Source: Octopus sinensis
Lineage: Eukaryota
Assembly (NCBI RefSeq): GCF_006345805.1
Contig: NC_043000.1
Coordinates: 66,960,001 to 67,024,000 of the forward strand
Direction of reading: 5' to 3'
DNA: 64,000 nucleotides
Shown here: piece after piece, positions 50,441-61,231 of the stretch
How the letters are laid out: every line of letters starts with the position of its first letter
Numbering within the stretch: position 1 is the first letter of the stretch
Program-made: the position numbers and the translations under genes
Notes under the pieces: generated by a model
Told to the model about the DNA's origin: nothing
Database searches by the model: none
Seen by the model: only the letters and a program-made list of their open reading frames with translations

Positions 50441-53400
50441 TATATATATATATAGATGTGTATACATACATATGTATGTGTGTGTGTGTGTGTTACATTG
50501 ATATGACTTCATGAGATAGTTATAAACAGGTAGTAACATTATACCATGATATAAGTGATGTACGTCATTTCCAACCTTATGTTGAAACTTGTCTGGTCAT
50601 GTGGAATATTACCTCTTGGAAACAGGTGCGGGTTTGTGACAGTAGGGCATCTGGCTGTAGGAAATCCACCTCTACAAATTCTGTCTGGTCTATGTAAGAA
50701 TGGAAAAGTGGATGTGTAACAGTGATGTGTGTGTGTGTGTGTGTGCATGTGTTTATGTATATATTGTTTTACTTGTTTCAGTTATTTGACAGTGTCCATG
50801 CTGGAGAACTACTTTGAAGAGTTTTAGTTGAATAAATTGACCCCAAGACTTATTTCCTAAGCCTAGTACCTATTCTGTCAGTCTCTTTTACTGAACTGCT
50901 AAGTTACTGGGACATAAACACACCAACACTTGTTGTCAAGTGGTGATTGGATGCACACAAACACACACACACATACACAAGACATACTCACACACATATA
51001 TATATATACATTTGCCATGATAGATTGTTAGCCACTAAACCTTTTTCTGTTTTGTCTCCCTGTTTATTTATGTGTGCACTTTCTGAACATTAAACTAATA
51101 CATCTGTTAGTTGTTTACACACCTGACTTGGTCTTTTTTTTTTTTTTGTAAATTCTCACTACATATATATGTACGCGACTAACTTCTTTCAGTTTCTGTC
51201 TACCAAATCCACTCACAAGGCTTTGGTTGGCCTGAGGCTATATTTTAAGACATTTGTTCAAGGTGTCATGCAGTGGGGCTGAACCCAGACCTATGTGGTT
51301 GGGAACCTCACAGCTACAAAAATTATGGTATGCAAATATGATTTTGCATTACAAAAGGGAAAATAAAATACAGAAGAAAAAACAAAAAAAATTATATTAA
51401 TAACTGCATAGGCTCTCTAGACTCTGGGATAATTTGTAACTTGTTGCACTGAAGCTTGTGACCTATTTTAATACATAATTTTGAAGCATGTGTTTTTTTC
51501 TGTATTTTATTTTCCCCTTTCTAATACAAATACTTATTTACATACTGTAGCTCATATTTTCAATAATCTGTTCCCTGATTAAGATTTACATTTGTTAATA
51601 ACTTTGGCAGGCTAATCTTATATTAACCAATATTATATGTTTGAATTGTTGTCTGAGTTATTGTTCATTGAATATTTTATATTTTTTCAACTTATTTTTC
51701 ATCTAGATGTTTTTAAGTTTTTATTTCCAATTTGAATTGAATTTTGGTGTGTTTAATCTAAAATTACAGTAGTGACATATTGTATTTTCATGAAGATTAT
51801 TAATCATTTAGTAATGTTTAAGTGGATTAAGTAATTTTAATCCTTTTGAGGACTGCTACCTCTAATTTGCACTGAGTATTATGCTATTGCACTTTTTATC
51901 AGCTTAGGTATAATGTGAAGTATAATACATTTTGTCCTTGATTTAATACAACACTATATTTGTGACCAGTTTATTTGATATTTGAGGTAAGCAAAATTTG
52001 TTTTCAGTTTCATACACTTATTTATTTGCTCGGATGTATTAGAAATAAAACTAGTGATAGAACATATGAAAGCATCAACGTTTTCATTTGCTTCAGTGTG
52101 TCATATTGTTTGGTTATTGAATGATTTAAATAACATTAAATAAATGTGTTAGATTTTAACAATGTCACTATTTCAACAAAAAAAAATGAAGTTCAGTTTC
52201 ATACTATAAAGGATGCAAAATAAATGTCACAATCTAATAATAAAGAGAAATTTAGAAAGAGGTTAATGATTGAAGGCAGTAGCAGTAGCAGCTGCTACTA
52301 CTATAGCTATTGTTATTGCACATAGTTAAAAAAAAAATTATGCTCAATGTTCACAGTACAGGATATAAAACTTATCAAAAACAAGTAAGAATCTGTTAAT
52401 GCCTTCCTGATTTATGCTCTACTTACCATCTACGTTTCCTATTGATAGTTTGCAAATGTTTGCTTTGCAATTTCAACTTCTCAAGCAGAATGACAAGAGA
52501 ATTTGACCAGTTGATACCTCTCTTATCTTCAGTTAGGCTTTCAGTACTCAAAGCTCCTATACAATTTATAAATAGTACAGTGTTTTGGAGTAGATATTAG
52601 CAATTTAGCAGTACAAAGTAAACAGCATGCTTCTTTCACCTTTTAAAAACTTGCTTGTTCAATTTTCTCTTTCCTTTGAATAAAATCTTAACAGATTAGA
52701 GACATACATAAGAAATCTTGTATCTGGAGAATTTAGGGTTTGATGGAAACTACCTTTAATTTTGGATTTGATTGAAGACCATATGTTGAAACTAAAGCAG
52801 TTATAGTGTGGGGAAACAAATATTAGGCATTGAAAAACACACAAAGATTGTTAACTTTCTTTTACATTTATTATTTGTTATCAGTAGAATTACATCAGTA
52901 ACCAGATTGCAGTTGTGCAAAAAAAATTTTTGACACCAAATAATAAATGCTCAAGTGAAGTTAACAGTCTTTGTGTATCTTCGAATAGCTAATATCTGTT
53001 TTCCATGCATAACTGTTTTACCTTAAATTTTTTGTTCAAAGCATTCTCAATTTTGAATGATTAATTTTGTCAGCCAATTTATTATCATTTTCATGAAAAT
53101 TTTTCTTCTAAATTGATGACATATACAGAGCAGAGTTGCAAGTCATTTGTAAAGGTCATCTGATATATGAAGTAATAAATTATGTACCAGAGAATATTTT
53201 GAACATATCTTATTAGTATGGTACATTTCAGTAGTTTGTATTTCATTTAGCATCATATAGGCTGTTAGTACCTCATACAGTAATAGTGAAGAAGGCAAGA
53301 CATCATTATTTTGTCATTAACAAGTAACAAAAAGTTAGTTGGTTTTCAATACTTTTAAACTGAATAGACAGGGAAACAAAGAATGTCCAGTTTTGTTGAA

Positions 53401-53825
53401 ATCTCATTTTTTACATTTAGACACATTAGAGTAATATGTGTTGTTTAAATTCTATAGCATCATTAGTGAATGAAGAGTATTGTTTCAACAGGAGGAAACA
53501 GCTGATTGCTGAGCCATCTGTCGTTTGCTATATTTTTTTATGAAAAAAAAGACAAGTTTGATTGAAAACAACTCAGTAGGGTTAGCTTTTATGGTATTGT
53601 TTTATTCTTTTACTTCTTTCAGTCATTTTGACTGCAAGCATGCTGGAGCACTGACTTTAGTTGAACAAATCGACCCCTGGATTTATTCTTTGTAAGCCTA
53701 GGACTTATTCTATCAGTTTCTTTTGCTGAACTGCTAAGTTATAGGGACGTAAATGCACCAGCATTGGTTGTCAAGCAATGTTGGGAGGGACAAACACCGA
53801 CACACAAACACACACACATATATGT

Positions 53826-54875
53826 ATCATCATCATCATCATCATCGTTTAATGTCCGCTTTCCATCTTGGTATGGTTTGGACAGTTTGACTGAGGACTG
53901 GCGAGCCAGATGGCTGCACCATGCTCCAATCTGATATGGCAGAGTTGCTACAGCTGGATGCCCTTCCTAACGCTAACCACTCCGAGAGTGTAGTGGCTGC
54001 TTTTACATGCTACCAGCACAAGGGCTAGTCTGGCTGTACTGGCAATGGCCACGTTCAAACTATTTTTTACATGCCACCTGCACAGGAGCCAGCCCAGCAG
54101 CACTGGCAATGACCTTGCTTGAATGTTGTTTTTCATGTGCCATTAAGGTGACACTGGTAACAATCACGCTTGGGTGGTGCTCTTAGCGCTCCACTAGCAT
54201 AGATGCCATTCAAGTGGTGCTGTCATTGAATTTGATTTTGATTTCACTTGCCTTAACAGGTCTTCGCAAGCAGAGTTTAGTGTCTAATGAAGGAAAGGTA
54301 TGCATAAGTGGGCTGGTTACACCACTGGCATAGGCCACGGGTTATGGTCTCACTTGGCTTGCTGGGTCCTCTCAAGCACAGCATATTTCCTAAGTTCTTG
54401 GTCACTAGTCATTGCCTCGGTGAGGCCTAATGTTTGATGGTTATGCTTCACCACCTTATCCCAGGTCTTCCTGGGTCTACCTCTCCTAGAGGTTCCCTCA
54501 ACCGCTAGGGTGTGACACTTTTTCACACAGCTATTCTCATCTATTCTTGCCACATGACCATACTGGCGCAGTTGTCTCTCTTGCATACCACATCTGATGC
54601 TTCTTAGGTCCAACTTTTCTCTCAATGCACTAACACTGTCGAGTATGCACACTGACATTACACATCCATTGGAGCATGCTGGCTTCGTTCCTTGCAAGCT
54701 TACGCATGTCCTCAGAGGTCACGGCCTATGTTTCACTGCCATGTAGCATGGCAGTTTGTACACATGCATCATACAGTCTACCTTTTATTCTGAGCGAGAG
54801 GCCCTTTATCACCAGCAGAGGTAAAAGCTCTCTGAACTTTGCCTAGGCTATTCTTATTTTAGCAGCTACACTTTC
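53826..54875 (-). mobile_element. 5'-truncated RTE LINE fragment with 3'UTR and tail
   Basis: ORF 54350-54697 LREKLDLRSIRCG...GRPRKTW. Same 3'UTR as the 48.9-49.4 kb copy. Confidence 0.88.
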
Positions 54876-55019
54876 AAAGTGTATCAATCATGATCAATGA
54901 TTTTTGCTACTGGTCCTGCAGGACAAAACTTTAAAAGGAAGAACTTTTTTCTTAAGTCGGATGTTGCAACAATGGTAATAATTATAAAAAATAAAATTGG
55001 AAAAATGAATGCATGAGTT

Positions 55020-55370
55020 TATATTGGCAGATGAAAATTTTGTCAGCACTTGCAGATGAGTCTTTGCATCATGTGATTTCATCTTAAATTGTGGTTCATC
55101 AGCAACAGGTACTCAAGCACTGAATGCCAGATCATAAATCCATCAAGCTAATATAGTTTAACATTGACTAAACAGTCAATGATATTACAAAAAAGCTGGT
55201 GGGCTGTATGTAAATTAGCAATTAGTGCTCAACTATATCATATCAATGGATTTTCAATATGGCATTTGTTGCTCGGATACCTGTTGCTGATGACTTGCAG
55301 ATTGTGAGGAAATCGTGTAATACAGCAATCCTACCAGCTGGTGCTGACAGAATTTTCACCTACCAATATA
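55020..55370. repeat. Diverged foldback with ~125-bp arms (55020-55145, 55245-55370)
   Basis: tatattgg...gtcagcac / gtgctgac...ccaatata and tcatcagcaacaggta / tacctgttgctgatga are mutual reverse complements. Confidence 0.85.
55282..55327 (+). ncRNA. Hammerhead ribozyme motif, minimal type I, partly decayed
   Basis: UGUUG-CUGAUGA-CUUGCA(GAU)UGUGAG-GAAAU-CGUGUA-AUA-CAGCA. Stems I and II pair with G.U wobbles. AUA triplet. Confidence 0.6.
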
Positions 55371-56887
55371 ATAAGTGCTTTTAAGGTAGTGACTTGGCAG
55401 AATCATTACCATGCTGGGCAAAATCCTGAGAAGCATTTCGTCTGTCTTTAAGTTCTGAGTTCAAATTCCACTGAGGTCAACTTTGCCATTCACCCTTTCT
55501 ACGTTATTAAAATAAGTACCAATCTCTACTATCATGTACCCTAAAGTTTTATGATTCCTCACCTTGAATATACTATAAGAAGGACAAGCTAAGACTTGAA
55601 TCCTCAGTTCTCTTCAATCACCTGCATGGATAAAACCTTGAACAAAGCTGCATTGGAATGTCTCCTTGAATGAATATGTTCTGCAACTGAACCAACAAAA
55701 TGCGCATAAACCATTAGGACATTTAACCAAGCAGAAACACGATTAGTGTTTAATGTAAATTTAATGAGAATAATACTGTATTAAACACATTTGAAGATGT
55801 ATAATTCTCCATTCTTCTTTATAATGGCTTATATATAAATCACAGTATGTGTGTGTGCATACATTTCCACAATTCTCAACTGATTTTCACCAAACTTTAC
55901 ACACACATTACTTATGTCTCAAAGATAGTCATGCACTATAACATTTTGGCCAGAGCTCCCATGTAAATGGACAAACTGGGAAAAACAGTGGTTTACATGG
56001 GTTTTTCTCTAATTTGTTGTACATAGTTTTTTGTATGTAAGGTCTTCCATACTTTTTAATCTATATGGTCGTATATTGACATTAGAGAATATTTTTTTCG
56101 TGGATTTCACATTCTTCTGATTTATTATTTATTTATATGTTTTAATTGTGTATTATTTATTTCTTGGTTAGAGAATATTATAAAAGTGAAAGGATTTTGT
56201 CTATTTATTTATTTCGACTGTACACCTGTGATGGTGATTAAATTGATTAGGAACACTGTATGCAATGAATATCCAATACCAAATAATCTTAATCTCCATA
56301 TTTAAACTGCATTAAACTTTGGCAAGTACCTTTACCTATTCTAGGTTTCCTGAAAGGTGATGCTCCCTTCCCTCTCTTCTATTTGTTAATATCTTTGTTT
56401 ACCTACCAAAGGATGCTTATTTACCCATCCATTATGATATTTTGAATGCAACATCTTTTCACTGTGAACTGCTAAAGATTCAAAGCAGTATTTGTGAACT
56501 AAAGTCAAACTCTTCTTGTTTTCATTTTTCGTTACCTGAAGTCAATTTCAGAGTGGTCATACACTGTAAGAACGTAGCAAATACATTCCTTTATATTGCC
56601 ATTTTTGAATATACCAATCATATTTCCCTCTGAAAAAAATAGCTCCTTTTGCTGTTGAATAAAATAAACTTGCAGAGGAGAAGTTTCAATGCCTTCCTTC
56701 AATTTCCTTACACCATTTATGTGGCTGTTTCTGATGGCTGTTTGGTAGGTAGTTTGCTTACCAACTACATGGTTCTGGGTTCAGTCCCACTGCGTGGCAC
56801 CTGGGGCAAGTGTCTTCTACTATAACCTCAGGCTGACCAAAGCCTTGTCAGTGGATTTGGTAGATGGAAACTGAAAGAAGCCCGTCG

Positions 56888-56926
<39 letters not shown>

Positions 56927-57149
56927 GTGGGTATATGTTTGTGTGTCTGTGTTCGTTCCCCCCAGCATCGCTTGACAACCGATGCTGGTGTGTTTATGTC
57001 CCCATAACTTTGTAGTTCAGCAAAAGAAACCAATATAATAAGTACTAGGCTTACAAAGAATAAGTCCTGGGGTCGATTTGCTCGACTAAAGGCAGTGCTC
57101 CAGCATGGCTGAAGTCAATTAACTGAAGCAACTAAAAGGATAAAAGAAT

Positions 57150-57426
57150 ATATATTATATATATATTACACACACACACATATATATATATGTATATATA
57201 TTACACACATATATATTATATATATTACACATATATATTATATATTACACACACACACACATGCACATATATATGTATATATATTATATATATTACACAT
57301 ATATATTATATATATTGCACAAATATATTATATATATTACACATATATTATATATATTACATATGTATATATATATATATATATATTATATATTACACAC
57401 ACACACACACACACATATTATATATA
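57150..57426. repeat. Compound (TA)/(CA) microsatellite. Others at 59720-60100, 61160-61260, 37478-37510, 29063-29092
   Basis: Visible low-complexity arrays. They generate the spurious Y/I/M/C/H/T-rich ORFs in the track. Confidence 0.95.
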
Positions 57427-59224
57427 CTAGCAGAAAGACCACCCTCCGGGTGGTTTTCTGCTAGCCCTTCAATAATATTTTTACATTTGATTCCCAATTC
57501 TAATAATTTTTATATTTTATGTCTAATTATCTCTTGCGTTATAGTGCTCACTTGCTTAGTAAATATTACTTTTATTATTTTATAACAGTCATAATCTTTT
57601 TAAAACAAACATCACAGTAGTCCAACAACAGAGGGAGAAGCAGTTTGCCAAGTTTTACCTTCCCCTCAAAGCAACATAGAGATTTCAATTCAGCAGCCCG
57701 TCTGTAAACTTTGCTGTGTGTGTGTGTGTGTGAGTGAGAGGGTGAGAGAGAGAGAAAGAGAGAAAGAAAGAAAGAAAGAGCGAAAATTGCAAACAATGAA
57801 TGAAGTGAAAAAATCAAAAAAATGGGGAATTAACACATTTGTTCATCCCCAACTTTGTTGCTTCATAACATACAGAGTATTCGATACTTTTAACAAAATT
57901 TTCTACAAATACCGCTTAGACATTGTGGCTTCAGAGTATATAGGGGTTTATGAGGGAGAAGTTTTCTGAGTGAGTGGAGAGAGGAGTTTCGGAAAATTCA
58001 CATGATCTAACTTTTTTCTCTCATAACTTTCAGGAAGATGGCTATTTATACAAATACCTTTCAAATGGCATAGATTATGATTATAAAGAAATTTGTGGGG
58101 AAACTTTTTTGGGAGATTTTCCTCATTTTTTTTAAGTCACAGCCTTTGAAATGATGGGGTTGGGGTATCTTTGTATGAAAAACTTTTGAAAACTCTTCCC
58201 CCCCCCCTCTCTCATCATTCCATTCCGGACCTATTTTGGCCAATTTTTTTTTTGCACTTCAAAACCATGGGAAAAGCATTGTTGGTAAAAAAAAAAAAAA
58301 ATAAATACTATTTTCAGAGGGAAAAGTGAGTGATTTAAGGACGGTTTGGCTGTTGTTTCTAGCACATCCAAAGACAACCCTCCTTGTTTCTTTCTGACTC
58401 TTGCATGTATTGATGTTTTTCAATATTTTTCCCCTGAATACATTTATATGCTATACAAACAAAAATTTGAGAAATTATGAATTTTTTGCAACCCCACTCT
58501 CTGCCCCCAATTGCTTCTGTTTAGAAATTAAAATATTGAGGAGCCTGAGAAGGTCATTGTTGGCATTTATCCACAGTGATTTAAAAAAATACGGAGATGT
58601 ACTTGCATGGCAAGTGACTTGATCTGAGATAGTGTGCTGAAACAGAAACAGTTGCAGCGTAGATATTTGTAAGCCATTCAAGAACACACAATACCATTAG
58701 TTTCACGGCACTACTTAAATACAGAGGTCCCAATGCATGTACATAACGATAAGAAGGCGAGGGTTAGTTTTTAGGGATAGGGTGTCATTACACATCCTCA
58801 CAGCATACATTTAAAATGTTTTGTATGTAACACCTGTATTTAGGTAGTACCATTAAGGGACCTCTGTGTTAAAGTATTACCAGTTTCACTTCAACATTAA
58901 AATTTCACCCGCCGAGGTCGACTTTGCCGTTCATCCCTTTGGGGTTGATAAATTAAGTACCAGTTGTGAACTAGGGTTGATCTAATCGACTGGTGCCCTC
59001 TCCCAAAATTTCGGACCTTATACCTAGAGTAGAAAAGAACATTAAAATTTCATTTGTGTCAAAATATTTTCGTTGCTTTAAAACTGCAACCTGTTCACTG
59101 ATAAAACTTCACAAAAGTGATGCAGCACAAAGTTTTGTTAGGGCACACATACACATGCACACACACTTTCATTGCCTTTTATTTGTGTGCATGTGTCTGT
59201 GTGTGCACAAGTGTATATTGGCAA

Positions 59225-59706
59225 TTAAGGGCGCTAGTCAGCTCCAGCATCGCTAGAAATAAGAGTCAAAGCAAGTCATAGCCATGATAAGCACTATTTT
59301 AATGACAGACAAGGGAAGCAAGCTCCCTCAGCACTGGGCTTAGCCAAATCACCAGTGATTTCACATATTAATGCTATCAGTGGCTCTTACTGGCACCTAA
59401 ACTCAACTCGCCTTATCAGCTTATAAGATGACCATAAAAATCATATGCTGATTTCATAAATGGCAAAAGTGAACATTATAAATAATAAGGATGGATTTTT
59501 CAACCGAAAGTCCAAAATATGTAATGTCACTAAAGTGACTAAGGCCGCTGGTCAGCACCAGTATTGCTAGAAATAAGAGTCAAAACAACTCACTGGTGAT
59601 CTGACTATGCCCAGTGCTGAGGGAGCTTTAAGATAAGTGCTTATTGTGGCTATGAGTTGTTTTGACTCTTATTTCTAGCAGTACTGGTGCTGACTTGTGC
59701 CCTTAG
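59225..59706. repeat. MITE-like foldback with ~135-bp arms plus an extra direct partial arm at 59540-59592
   Basis: gctagaaataagagtcaaa / tttgactcttatttctagc and ccctcagcactggg / cccagtgctgaggg. Confidence 0.8.
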
Positions 59707-59898
59707 TCGCTTTAGTGATGTATACATATGTATGTATACGTATGTATGTATGTATACGTATGTATGTATGTATACGTATGTATGTATGTATACGTATGTA
59801 TATATGTATATATATACATATGTATGTATGTATGTATGTATGTATACGTATGTATATATATACATATGTATGTATGTATGTATGTATACGTATGTATG

Positions 59899-59904
<6 letters not shown>

Positions 59905-59937
<33 letters not shown>

Positions 59938-60549
59938 ATACATATGTATGTATACATATGTATATATATGTATGTATATATATGTGTATACATATGTATG
60001 TATACATATGTATATATATGTATGTATATATATATGTATACATATGTATGTATATATATATGTATGTATGTATACATGTGTATGTATATATACATATATA
60101 TCATCATCATCATCATTGTTTAACGTCCATTTTCCATGCTAGCATGGGTTGGACGGTTTGACCAGGGTCTGGGATGCCAGGAGGCTGCGCCAGGCTCCTC
60201 TCTACTCTGGCAGTGTTTCTACAGCTGGATGCCCTTCCTAAAACCAACCACTCCGTGAGTGTAGTGGGTTTTTTACGTGCCACTGGTACAAGGGCCTGAG
60301 GAAGCTGGCAAACGGGCACAATCGGTTGGTGCTTTTTATGTGCCACTGGCATGGATGCCAGTCAGGCGGCGCTGGCATCGGCCACATTAGGATGGTGCTT
60401 TTTATGTGCCACCGGCATGGGTATCATAACTACAATTTCCATTTGATTTTTATTTTGATGTTGATGTACTTGACTCAATAGGTCTCCTCAAGCACAAAAT
60501 TGTATATATATATATATACACACCAACTTTCTCACCTATATATATATAT

Positions 60550-60580
<31 letters not shown>

Positions 60581-61153
60581 ATACATATGTATGTATACAT
60601 ATGTATATATATGTATGTATATATATATGTATATATATGTATGTATATATATATGTATACATATGTATATATATATATGTATGTATGTATACATGTGTAT
60701 GTATATATACATATATATCATCATCATCATCATTGTTTAACGTCCATTTTCCATGCTAGCATGGGTTGGACGGTTTGACCAGGGTCTGGGATGCCAGGAG
60801 GCTGCGCCAGGCTCCTCTCTACTCTGGCAGTGTTTCTACAGCTGGATGCCCTTCCTAAAACCAACCACTCCGTGAGTGTAGTGGGTGTTTTTTACGTGCC
60901 ACTGGTACAAGGGCCTGAGGAAGCTGGCAAACGGGCACAATCGGTTGGTGCTTTTTATGTGCCACTGGCATGGATGCCAGTCAGGCGGCGCTGGCATCGG
61001 CCACATTAGGATGGTGCTTTTTATGTGCCACCGGCATGGGTATCATAACTACAATTTCCATTTGATTTTTATTTTGATGTTGATGTACTTGACTCAATAG
61101 GTCTCCTCAAGCACAAAATTGTATATATATATATATACACACCAACTTTCTCA

Positions 61154-61160
<7 letters not shown>
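59905..61160. repeat. Near-identical tandem duplication (~618-bp unit) of microsatellite + RTE tail + unique flank
   Basis: 60101-60540 recurs at 60718-61159. The only differences I saw are 2-bp indels (gt in the RTE tail, TA-repeat length). Confidence 0.92.

Positions 61161-61231
<71 letters not shown>

Larger units (their letters stand above)
52427..58636 (-). other. Possible spliced transcript or decayed gene: phase-compatible exon chain 58603-58636, 56536-56629, 55622-55775, 53022-53107, 52754-52791, 52427-52556
   Basis: All GT-AG and phases chain 0-1-2-0-2-1-2, but one in-frame TGA (53036-53038), some weak donors and no homology I recognise. Confidence 0.2.

Noticed and set aside
56411-56560. 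Alternative plus-strand exon (DAYLPIHYDIL...RVVIH)
   Set aside because: Could not be chained in phase to other + exons, has no homology I recognise, and overlaps the equally uncertain minus-strand candidate.
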